NCBI GenBank assembly: GCA_977017645.1
Contig: OZ360237.1
Span: forward strand, 30,380,001-30,444,000
Reading direction: 5' to 3'
Source: Torpedo marmorata
Taxonomy: Eukaryota
Length of the DNA stretch: 64,000 nucleotides
Part shown: in pieces, positions 24,221 to 34,958 of the stretch
Position numbering within the stretch: position 1 is the stretch's first letter
Layout of the letters: each line of letters starts with the position of its first letter
Notes under the pieces: model-generated
Told to the model about the DNA's origin: nothing
The model's input: only the letters and a program-made list of their open reading frames with translations
The model's database searches: none
Program-made: the position numbers and the translations under genes

Positions 24221-25425
24221 ATCAGGAAATTGACTACATGGTAAAGAACAATATTATTCGAAAGTCTACTTCCAATTGGAGTTCCCCTTGTGTTCTAGTG
24301 CCGAAGCCTGATGGAACGGTTAGGTTTTGTACTGATTATAGGAAAGTAAATGCTGTAACCAAGACAGATGCTTATCCTATTCCTAGAATAGATGATTGTA
24401 TAGACAAGGTGGGGAAGGCCAAATTTCTTACAAAAATTGACCTATTAAAAGGATACTGGTGTGTTCCTTTGACAAAAAGGGCTAGGGAGATTTCTGCATT
24501 CGTAACACCTTTTGGGCTTTATGAGTATAATGTTATGCCTTTTGGTATGAAGAATGCTCCAGGATCATTTCAGAGAATGATTAATTCAGTGATTCAAGGG
24601 TTGAAAAACACAGGTGCTTACATTGATGATTTAATTGTAAGTAGTGAGACCTGGGAAGAGCATGTCTTTGAGCTAGAACAATTGTTTGAACGACTGTCCA
24701 AAGCAAAACTCACAGTTAATTTAAGTAAAAGTGAGTTTGGACATGCTACTGTTATTTATCTGGGTTATGTAGTAGGACAGGGGCAGTTGGCGCCAGTAGA
24801 GGCAAAGGTTGTCGCTATTTCCGAGTTCCCTGTTCCAACTGGTAAGAAAACTCTGAGGAGGTTCCTGGGAATGATTGGCTACTACCGCAAGTTCTGTAAA
24901 AACTTTGCTGATCTTGCGCTCCCTCTCACAAATTTGCTTAGAAAGAAAGAGAAATTTGTATGGTCTACAGGTTGTCAGGAAGCATTTGTCAAATTGAAAG
25001 CCATGTTATGCCACCAACCTGTGCTTAAGTCACCTAATTTAGAACAGTCGTTTTCTTTAGCCGTGGATGCCAGCGATGAAGCTGTGGGTGCGGTGCTGTT
25101 ACAGAAGAAGAACGAAGAGGACATTGAACATCCGGTATCCTTCTTCTCAAAGAAGTTCAATGATCATCAAAGGAATTATTCAACTATAGAGAAAGAGTTG
25201 TTGGCTCTTGTGTTAGCTCTACAACATTTTGATGTGTATATTTGTACAGCTCAAAAACCACTCATAGTGTATACTGACCATAATCCATTGGTTTTTCTTT
25301 GTAAAATGAAAAATAAGAATCGACGGTTGTTGAATTGGAGTCTAATTTTGCAAGAATATAATTTGGTAATCACTCATATAAAAGGGAGGGATAATGTAAT
25401 TGCTGATTGTCTTTCTAGATGTTAA
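24205..25425 (+). CDS. Reverse transcriptase - RNase H (continuation of pol after a 1-nt frameshift near 24205)
   Basis: WSSPCVLVPKPDG, DYRKVN, KIDLLKGYW, MPFGMKNAP, YIDD, AVDASD, YSTIEKE, TDH, NVIADCLSR. Confidence 0.92.
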   Translation, partial: KCKLVDQEIDYMVKNNIIRKSTSNWSSPCVLVPKPDGTVRFCTDYRKVNAVTKTDAYPIPRIDDCIDKVGKAKFLTKIDLLKGYWCVPLTKRAREISAFVTPFGLYEYNVMPFGMKNAPGSFQRMINSVIQGLKNTGAYIDDLIVSSETWEEHVFELEQLFERLSKAKLTVNLSKSEFGHATVIYLGYVVGQGQLAPVEAKVVAISEFPVPTGKKTLRRFLGMIGYYRKFCKNFADLALPLTNLLRKKEKFVWSTGCQEAFVKLKAMLCHQPVLKSPNLEQSFSLAVDASDEAVGAVLLQKKNEEDIEHPVSFFSKKFNDHQRNYSTIEKELLALVLALQHFDVYICTAQKPLIVYTDHNPLVFLCKMKNKNRRLLNWSLILQEYNLVITHIKGRDNVIADCLSRC

Positions 25426-25545
25426 ACTTTATTAATGAAAATAGTTCATATTTTGTATTTGTGGATAAACATTGTAGATTTTGTTTATATTCTGACACCT
25501 CACTTACTTTCCTAAATTTTGTTCTTGCAGACCAAAATTTCCTTT

Positions 25546-25557
25546 GAGGGAGGGAAG
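25546..25557 (+). promoter_or_regulatory. Polypurine tract
   Basis: GAGGGAGGGAAG lies directly before the TG of the 3' LTR. Confidence 0.85.
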
Positions 25558-25678
25558 TGTTATGGACCATGACTGACCATTTGGACTGTGGACGGTCAGC
25601 AGGAAGGATGAATTCTTTTGGAGTATACACTGGGGCCAGGTACTGAAAAAGTTAACTTCCCCAGGACTTGGTGTACCC

Positions 25679-25710
<32 letters not shown>

Positions 25711-26420
25711 TGTGGAATAGATACATTGTTGCACTTTTGCAAAAAGCAGGGGCAGATCTCTGCAAAGCAGACAGTTGTGAGTTGCAAGGCTACAGAACAG
25801 CCAGATCCAGTTTTGTGTGCAAAAGTCAGAGAAAGACTGACAAAATAGCACATGGCCTCCTGTCTCAGAGAAAAATTCTGAGAAAAGCAACTTCTGTGGA
25901 GAACAGGCGTGAGATCAGCGAGACTAGCTGTGAGATTCAAGCATACGCCTAAATCAGAGATATACTGATCTGGAACTTGCAATCCTTATGAACCTACAAG
26001 AAGGGGACGTCATCAGAGAAGAAAACAAGTATTTGTAAGCATAATCAGTCATTTGTCTCTCTCCAACGTTCATTCAGAAGTACTTCTACCAGACCCAGAG
26101 GAAAAGTTGAAGCCTGAACTTAGAGAGTAAATTTGTAGACTGTTTATCTTTTTTTTGACTGACTTGTTTTTATGACTGACCTGGGGTTTTTTGGGGAAAG
26201 TTTTTCCATTTTTTTACATAAGGGTTGGGCACAGACTGTAATGGTCTGGGCTTTACACACACACACATACACCTTTTAGATAAGAATAGAGTTTATAGAC
26301 GTTTATAGTGGGGTTAATTGTTGTGAAATTATATGTTTACTTGTGTTTAATAAATAATAATTTCAATTTTTACCCCTTTTGCATTGCGTCTTCTGTCGTT
26401 GCTGGTTTGATTCTGTAACA
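25558..26420 (+). repeat. 3' LTR (863 bp)
   Basis: Direct repeat of 19738-20598 with one extra GA unit. Confidence 0.95.
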
Positions 26421-29400
26421 TGTGTGATTTAAAAATTTTAAATAACATATTAAAAAAAAACAAACAGAAAAATACACACAGAACCATAGAGCATACAAAA
26501 CACATTTATTGAGTCACACTAGCGGGAATGAGTAGTATTAATGTCAGGTTGACAGTGTCACCCTAATTAATACCAGAACCGCATTCAAAGATCCAAGGGA
26601 AACAGTACAGTATATAAGGCATTTTCTTGCATACAAATCTGATAGGCATCTCTTTGAACTTATTGTTACAAGCTTACGTTTTACATTTTGCATTGCTATT
26701 TTCTAAAGACAGGGAAATGGTTGACGTCAAACAATTATTCACATGTACAAGTCATAATTAAAAGATATAATTTCTTGCATATGAAATTGGCAGAAGTCTG
26801 GAAAGATTGCTTCCAATACACAGTAACATCCACGTTCTGTATGCCTGATATTTAGTCTTTAATTATCACATGTAAATGGTCGGTCTCACAATAATATTAA
26901 GCCATCAACATTAACAATGGAGAAAGAAACTTCGAGGCTGAAACAATATTAGATCAAAACTGAACTGGCGCCTTCAGTGTGACTGTTTGCCTCCAAAGCC
27001 ATTGATAAACTTAAATCACGACTGACAGGTTGTAACGTTCAATCAGCTGCGTTTGTGCGGGAAGCCAGTTATGAATGGACTGCCTGTTGACAGGTCGTTG
27101 ACTCGACCGGCAAAGCCAGTTAGCGCTATTGTGTTAAAAGGCATTATGCATGGAAAAATTAATTGAAAGAACTAAGCAAAGATATTATGAATTGGGAGAA
27201 AGAGCGCATAAAGTGTTGGCGTGGCAATTAAAGAAAGATCAAACCTCTAGAACTATAAATGCTATAAAAAAGAATTCCAAAAAAATAACTTATAGACCTC
27301 GAGAAATAAATGATTCTTTTAAGGAATTTTATCTGAATTTATATAAATCTCAAATTGATAAAGATGATTCTAAAATTAATGAATTCTTATCTAAAATTAA
27401 GTTACCTAGATTAAATACTCAAAGTAAAGAATTTTTGAACTCGCCTTTTTTGATGAGGGAAGTTAATGAGGTTCTTAGCTCTTTAGCGAGTGGAAAATCT
27501 CCAGGAGAAGATGGTTTCCCATCAGAATTTTATAAAGAGTTTAAAGATTTATTGATACCTCCATATATGGATGTGTTGAAACAAATAACGGAAACTCATT
27601 TGTTACCAGAACATTTTCGAATGCAATAATTACAGTTATACCTAAAAAAGATAGAGATTTGTTGAAAACAGAATCTTATAGACCAATTTCATTGTTAAAT
27701 GTGGATTATAAGATAATGGCAAAAATTTTAGCAAATAGAGTGGCTAATTATTTACCAGATTTAATTCATGAAGATCAAGCTGGTTTTATTAAAAATAGAT
27801 ATTCAAAAGATAATATAGCTAGATTAATTAGTTTAATTAATGTGGAAAAAAAAGATGATTTACCATTAGTATTAACTTTAGATGCTGAAAAGGCTTTTGA
27901 TAGATTAGAGTGGAATTATTTATTTAAGGTATTGGGGAAATTTGGTTTTGGAACTACATTTATTAATTGGATCAAAACTATATATAAAGAACCATCTGCC
28001 AAAGTGGTGACAAATGGACAAATTTCTTCAAAATTTTCTTTGACTAGGTCAACTAGACAGGGATGTCCTTTGTCGCCAGCATTGTTTATTTTAGCAATAG
28101 AACCTTTGGCAGAATTAATTAGACAAGATATTAAGATTGTAGGTATTAAAGTTGAAAGAGAAGAACATAAAATTAGTTTATTTGCAGATGATGTATTGAT
28201 TTATATGACAAACCCTAATATTTCTTTATTACAATTGAATGTTTTATTGAAAGAATATGGGGAAATATCTGGTTATAAGATTAATTCTGATAAAAGTGAA
28301 ATTATGGCATTGACACAAGGGGATTATAGTAAATGTAAAGAAATTACACAATTCTAATGGTCAAAGGAAGGAATTAAATATCTGGGAATAAAGATTGATA
28401 CAAAATTAGCTAATTTATAAAAATTAAATTATCTACCATTATTTACGAAAATTAAAAAATATTTAGAAAGTTGGAAGGATTTACTTATAACTTTAATAGG
28501 AAGGGTAAATTGTATTAAAATGAATGTCTTTCCAAGAGTTCAATATCTTTTCCAATCAATTCCTTACGAAATTCCTTTGAAATTCTTTAAGGATTTAAAT
28601 TTAATTATTAGAAAATTTTTGTGGAAAGGAAAGTTGGCTAGAGTAAGTATGGAGAAATTAACTTGGAATTATGAAATAGGTGGTTTACAACTTCCTAATT
28701 TTCAAAATTACTATAAAGCAGCTCAATTAAAATTTGTTAATGAAATGTTTGATTTAGGTAAGTCTTCTGCTTGGATTAGAATAGAATTAAATAATATAGG
28801 AGAAGATTTGAAAGAAGAAGTTATTTATAAATGGAATTCTAAATTATTATCAATAAGAGGGAATAATTCTCCTATTTTTAAACATTTGTTAGAAATATGG
28901 AATAGAGTGGATAGTGAGATAGGAGGGAAAGGCTCGATTTCTCGAAAAATGCCTCTATATCAAAATAAACTCATTCCATTTACTGTTGATAATCAATTAT
29001 TTAAAATTTGGTTCCAAAAGGGAATTAAGAAAATAAATGATTGTTTTGAAGCTAGTAAATTTATTACTTTTCAAAGAATGAAAGATAAGTTTAATGTATT
29101 GAATAATACACTTTTTGCTTATTATCAAATTAGAGCATTTTTAGTTGGGAAGTTGGGTTATAGTTTGATTCTACCAAGTCAGAGTGAATTAGAATTATTA
29201 GTTACTAATGGAGGTGTAAATAAATTTATTTCTCAAATGTATAGATTGTTTCAGAGAAAAATCCCTAAAGTAGGAATTCATAAATCAAGATTAAAATGGG
29301 AATCAGATTTGAATGTAACAATAGATGAAGAACATTGGAAAGAATTATGTAAATTAAGTATGACGAAGATTATTAATGTTAGTTATAGATTAGTTCAATA

Positions 29401-29775
29401 TAATTTTTTTCATCAACTATATTTAATGCCTAAAAAATTAAAGAAATTTAATTCGACGTTATCAGGTTTATGTTTTAGATGTAATAGAGAGGAAGTAAAA
29501 AACACAAATGCTGGAGAAACTCAGCAGGTCAAACAGTGTCTTTTATGTAGCAACGTTTCGGGCTTGAGCCCTTCATCAAAATATGAGAAAATGCTGGCAG
29601 GCGTCCGAACAAAAGAGTGAGGGGAGAAGGGGGGGGTGGTGGCAAAGGCAGGAGATGATAGGTGGAGAAAGGAGGGAGGGGACAGCAGCAAAGAGGGGGA
29701 GGAGGGATGGCTGGGTGGGTGGAAAAAAACAGGAAGGACAGGTGAGGGGGGAGGGGAAGGAAACGACAAGCAGGT

Positions 29776-32700
29776 TTAGTGGAAAGCAGAAAAGTCCACG
29801 TTAATGCCATCGGGCTGGAGAGTGCCGAGACGGAAAATGAGATGTTGTTCCTCCAATTTGCGGGTAGTCTGGGTGGGATAGTACATAAGGCCGTGGACAG
29901 ACATGTGAGTGTGGGAGTGTGACCCGGAATTGAAATGGTTGGCTACTGGGAGGTTGCTGTTGTTGCGGACGGAGAGGAGGTGCTCAGCAAAGCGATCTCC
30001 CAATCTACGACCGGTCTCTCCGATGTAGAGAAAGCCACAAAGGGAGCACCAGATGCAGTAAATAAGTTCTCTAGATGTACAAGTGAAGTGTAGTTTCACT
30101 TGGAAGGCCTGTTTGGGACCCCGGACCGTGGTGAGGGGGGAGGTGTGGGTGCAGGTGTTGCACCTCCTGCGGGCACAGGGGAAGGTGCCGGGGGTGCGAT
30201 GGGTGGGGAGGGATGAGTGCACGATGGAATCGTGGAGGGAGCGGTCCCTGCGGAAGGACGAGAGGGGAGGAGAAGGAAATATGTGTCTGGTGGTGGGATC
30301 CTGTAGTAAGTGCCGTAAATTCCGTCGGATAATGTGTTGGATGCGTAGGCTGGTGGGGTGGTAGGTGAGGATGAGGGGGATTCTATGTTTGTTGCGTCTG
30401 GGGGCAGAGGGGGCCAGGGCAAATGAGCGGGAAATGGAGGAGATACGGGTGAGGGCTGAGTTGATGGTGGTGGAGGGGAAGCCACGTTTGTGGAAAAAGG
30501 CAGATATTTCAGAAGATCTGGACTGGAACACCTTATCTTGGGAACAGATGCGGCGTAGACGGAGAAATTGAGAGAAGGGGATGGAATCCTTGCAGGGGCA
30601 GGGTGTGAGGAAGTGTAATCCAGATAGTTGTGGGAGTTGGAGGGTTTGTAGTAAATGTCGGTGGAAAGCTTGTCTCCTGAGATGGAGACAGAGAGATCCA
30701 GGAAGGGGAGAGTGTTATCGGAGATGGACCAGGTGAGTTTGAGATCGTGGTGGAAGTTGGATGCGAAGTGGATGAAGTTGACAAGCTCATCACGGGTGCA
30801 TGAGGCAGCCCCGATGTAGTCGTCGATATAACGGAGGAAGAGATGAGGGGTCTTGCCTGTGTAGGCTTGCAGCATGGATTGCTCCACAAAGCCCACAAAC
30901 AGGCAGGCGTAGCTGGGACCCATGCGGGTACCCATGGCTACTCCTTTGATTTGGAGGAAGTGGGATGAGTTGAAGGAGAAGTTATTGAGAGTGAGGACAA
31001 GTTCTGCCAGGCGGAGGAGGGGGGTGGTAGAGGGTGACTGGTTGGGTCTTTGGTCCAGGAAGAAGCGAAGTGCTTTCAGACCTTCTGTGTGGGGGATAGA
31101 GGTATAAAGGGATTGGACATCCATGGTGAAGATGATGCGGTCCGGTTCCTGGAATCTGAAGTCATTGAGGAGATGGAGGGCATGTGAGGTGTCGCGGATG
31201 TAGGTGGGGAGGGATTGGACCAGGGGAGAAAAGATGGAGTCAAGGTAAGATGAAACTAGTTCGGTGGGGAAGGAGCAGGCAGAAACAATGGGTCTACCCA
31301 GATGGTTGGGTTTGTGTATCTTGGGTAGAAGCTAGAAACGGGCAGTGCGGGGGTGGAGGAGAATGAGGTTGGTGGCCGTGGAGGGGAGGTGACCGCAGGT
31401 GATGAGGTCAGAGATGGTGTTGGAGACAGTGGCTTGATGTGCAGTGGTGGGGTCCTGTGGGAGGGGTCGGTAGGAGGAGGTGCCTGAGAGCTGTCGACTG
31501 GCCTCGGCAAGGTAGAGGTCAGTGCGCCAGACCACAACCGTACCGCCCTTGTCTGCGAGTTTGATGGTGAGGTTGGGATTGTTGCGGAGAGAGTGGAGGG
31601 CAGAGCGTTCTGAGGAGGTGAGGTTGGAATACGAGAGGGGGGTGGTGAAGTTGAGACAGTTGATGTCTCGGCGGCAGTTGGAAATAAAAAGGTCCAAAGC
31701 GGGCAGCTGGCCAGGGCGAGGTGTCCAGGAAGAAGGCTTGAAGCGGGAGAAAGGGTCTTGGGAGGGGGGTGGAGAGTCACAGTCATGGAAGTGAGCCCGG
31801 AGGCGGAGGCGACGGAAGAAGAGTTCGGCATCACGGCGTGCGCGGAACTCGTTGAGGTGTTGGCGGAGGGGGACGAAGGTGTGGCCTCTACTGAGGACCC
31901 AGCGCTCCATCTCAGAGAGGGAAAGGTCGGAGGCGATAGTAAAAACCAAGCAGGGGTTAGCGTGGGGATCGGTGTTGTGGAGGGTGTTGGGGGGAGAGGG
32001 AGGGTTGGGGAGGTCAGAGGGGGGAGGTGGAGGGTGGGGGAGGTTGGAGGGAGGAGGAGGGGTGTGGGTGGGGGGAGGGGGGTCGGAGGGGTGAGGTCGG
32101 GGGTGCGGGAGGTAGGAGGGTAGCCAGAGAGATGGGTGGATGGAAGGAAGGGAAGGGATGAGGTCTGAGGGTTGGGGAGGAGAGGGGGGCAGAGAGGGGG
32201 AGATGGGGGTGGAGTAGGGAGAGGTGTAGGAGGATAGGGTAGGAGTGGTGAGGGGGATAGGTAAGTGGTATCTAGTAGCGAGATGAGGACTCCAGTGGCA
32301 GTCAGCGTGGGAGGCTCCAGCAGGTAACAGTCCTTGTCGGGAGTCGGCAGTGGAGGCATAGGGAGCTCTGGTGAGTAGGGGCTCAGGGCCCGGGCTGGGG
32401 TGGGCGGCCGTAGTGTCGGGAGTACCTTCTTGTCGGTGCGCGGGTAGGAGTGGGCGGCTGTGGCTTTGGGAGCTCCGGTGAGACGGCGGCCGGGTCTAGG
32501 CTCGGGTCGGCGGCCGTCGCGTTAGGAGCTCCGGTAAGTCGGCGGCCGGGACCAGGGATCAGGTCGGTGACAGCGGCGTTGGGAGCTCCGGTGAGACGGC
32601 GGCCGGGGTCCAGGGTCGGGTCGGCGGCCATAGCGTTGGGAGCTCCAGAGGGTAAGCGGTCGGGGCCGAGATGGGGATCCAAGTAGAGGGTCGAAGAGGC

Positions 32701-33186
32701 TGCAGTCTCGAGGGAGGCAAGCTTACGGTTCTTGATGGACGCCAGGTGAGTGTAGAGCCGGCGGTTGAACATGTGGATCTGGCGGCGGATGTAGTATAGG
32801 AGGGGTTCGCTGCAGGCCATGGCCAGCGAGGTCCGGAGCTGTGGCAGGGAGAGGGCGAGTTGCCGCTGGTATCTCCGCATCGAGGTGAGGGTGATGCGGA
32901 GGAGTCGTTGGGAGAAGCGGAGAGAGCAGCAGTCGATGTTGTGGAGGTACCTGAGGTCCTTGCGGGGGCCAAACTGCGAGGCCTGGAATCGAAGCTGGAA
33001 ACCACGAGGCACAAGATGGCAGCGGAGGCAAGTAGCAAGGAAGGCAACGTGGCTGTGGAATCAAGTCTGGGTGAGTACATGGTCGTAGAGCTTGAGAGCA
33101 GCAGGGGTTGCAGATGGGGAGCAGTGAGAGAGAATCCCACAGAACTCCCTTCGGAGAGCAAAGGCGAACTTCTTCAGGGTAGGCAT
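29776..33186 (-). pseudogene. PLE polyprotein (N-terminal region, RT, GIY-YIG endonuclease) with several frameshifts and stops
   Basis: Starts MPTLKKF at 33186. Motifs IKLADKGG, DVQSLYTSIPH, GVAMGTRMGPSYA, RYIDD, FLD, YYKP, LIYCIWCSLCGFLYIGETGRRLGDRFAEH, PDGIN. Confidence 0.88.
32469..32650. repeat. 60-bp tandem repeat (about 3 copies) in the PLE N-terminal region
   Basis: GGAGCTCCGGTGAGACGGCGGCCGGG recurs at about 60-nt spacing and encodes GRRLTGAPNA repeats. Confidence 0.8.
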
Positions 33187-33217
33187 CCCTGAGTTTTCAG
33201 AGTTGTTGTAGTATTCA

Positions 33218-34803
33218 GAAGTAAAACACGAAAATCTGTAGACACCGTGGATGAAGTAAAAAACACAAATGCTGGAGAAACTCAGCAGGTCAAACAGTGT
33301 CTGTTATGTAGCAAAGGTAGAAATACATAACCGACGTTTCGGGCTTGAGCCCTTCATCAAAGTATGAGAAAATGCCGGCAGGCGTCCGAACAAAAGAGTG
33401 AGGGGGGAAGGGGGGGGGGTGGCAAAGGCAGGAGATGATAGGTGGAGAAAGGAGGGAGGGGACAGCAGCAAAGAGGGGGAGGTGGGATGGCTGGGTGGGT
33501 GTAAAAAAAAAAACGAAGGACAGGTGAGGGGGGAGGGGAAGGAAACGACAAGCAGATATAGTGGAAAGCAGAAAAGTCAATGTTAATGCCATCTGGCTGG
33601 AGAGAGCCCAGATGGAAAATGAGATGTTGTTCCTCCAATTTGCGGGTAATGTGGGTAGGATAGTACATAAGGCCATGGACAGACATGTAAGTGTGGGAGT
33701 GTTACCCGGAATTGAAATGGTTGGCTACTGGGAGGTCGCTGTTGTTGCAGACGGAGAGGAGGTGCTCAGCAAAGCGATCTCCCAATCTACGACCGGTCTC
33801 TCCGATGTAGAGAATGCCACAAAGGGAGCATCGGATGTAGTAAATAAGTTCTCTGGATGTACAAGTGAAGTGTAGTTTCACTTGGAAGGCCTGTTTGGGG
33901 CCCCAGACCGTTGTGAGGGGGGAGGTGTGGGTGCGGGTGTTGCACCTCCTGCGGGCACAGGGGAAGGTGCCGGGGGTGCGATGGGTGGGGAGGGATGAGT
34001 GCACGAGGGAATCGCGGAGGGAGCGGTCCCTGCAGAAGGCCGAGAGGGGAGGAGAAGGAAAAATGTGTCTGGTGGTGGGATCCTGTAGTAAGTGCCGTAA
34101 ATTCCGGTGCATAATGTGTTGGATGCGGAGGCTGGTGGGGTGGTAGGTGAGGATGAGGGGGATTCTATGTTTGTTGCGTCTGGGGGCAGAGGGGGCCAGG
34201 GCAGATGAGTGGGAAATGGAGGAGATGCGGATGAGGGCTGAGTTGATGGTGGTGGAGGGGATGCCACGTTTGTGGAAAAAGGCAGACATTTCAGAAGATC
34301 TGGACTAGAACACCTCATCTTGGGAACAGATGCGGCGGAGACGGAGAAATTGAGAGAAGGGGATGGAATCCTTGCAGGGGACAGGGTGTGAGGAAGTGTA
34401 ATCCAGATAGTTGTGGGAGTTGGAGGGTTTGTAGTAAATGTCGGTGGAAAGCTTGTCTCCTGAGATGGAGACAGAGAGATCCAGGAAGGGGAGAGTGTTA
34501 TCGGAGATAGACCAGGTGAGTTTGAGATCGTGGTGGAAGTTGGATGCGAAGTGGATGAAGTTGACAAGCTCATCGCGGTGCATGAGGCAGCCCCGATGTA
34601 GTCATCTATATAACGGAGGAAGAGATGAGGGGTCTTGCCTGTGTAGGCTTGCAGCATGGATTGCTCCACAAAACCCACAAACAGACAGGCGTAGCTGGGA
34701 CCCATGCGGGTACCCATGGCTACTCCTTTGATTTGGAGGAAGTGGGATGAGTTGAAGGAGAAGTTATTGAGAGTGAGGACAAGTTCTGCCAGGCAGAGGA
34801 GGG
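33218..34803 (-). mobile_element. Second, 5'-truncated PLE unit (RT C-terminal half, GIY-YIG, pLTR)
   Basis: Near-identical direct repeat of about 29496-31025, extending ~40 nt further at the pLTR end. Confidence 0.9.
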
Positions 34804-34875
34804 TGGATATGCCAGGGATTGAACTCAGGATCTGATACATGCAAAGCACACACTCTCCCACTGAGCCACATCTCC
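34804..34875 (-). pseudogene. tRNA-Ala(UGC)-derived sequence (72 nt) embedded in the PLE
   Basis: Minus strand GGAGATGTGGCTCAGTGGGAGAGTGTGTGCTTTGCATGTATCAGATCCTGAGTTCAATCCCTGGCATATCCA is about 60/72 identical by eye to the recalled vertebrate tRNA-Ala-TGC. Confidence 0.88.
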
Positions 34876-34925
34876 CTTCCCCCCTCATTCTTTTGTTCAG
34901 ACGCCTGCCGGCATTTTCTCATACT

Positions 34926-34958
34926 TTGATGAAGGGCTCAAGCCCGAAACGTCCGTTA
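34926..34958 (+). ncRNA. Minimal hammerhead-ribozyme-like motif of the PLE pLTR (representative copy)
   Basis: TTGATGA-AGGGC-TCAA-GCCC-GAAAC-GTCC-GTT. Related copies at about 29552(-), 33330(-), 44058(-), 45572(+), 51790(+), 54760(-), 54790(+) and 62329(+). Confidence 0.7.

Larger units (their letters stand above)
19738..26420 (+). mobile_element. Gmr1-like Gypsy LTR retrotransposon, full length and very young
   Basis: Two LTRs TGTTATGG...CTGTAACA, PBS and PPT present, domain order gag-PR-IN-RT-RH, 4-bp TSD TATG/TGTG (one mismatch). Confidence 0.95.
19249..26460 (+). mobile_element. 5'-truncated L1 family B 3' end, split by the Gypsy insertion (19249-19737 and 26421-26460)
   Basis: PMDPMIFLFGDI...CIPLEKIT and the 3' UTR match 35180-35815 and 59370-59937. 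The A-rich tail resumes after the 3' LTR. Confidence 0.85.

Noticed and set aside
31256-32359. 367-aa Pro-rich ORF and other long ORFs at 29500-34900
   Set aside because: Alternative-frame or antisense readings of the C-rich PLE sequence.
34804-34875. Functional tRNA-Ala gene
   Set aside because: G3:U70 identity pair lost, stem mismatches, and embedded in a PLE junction.
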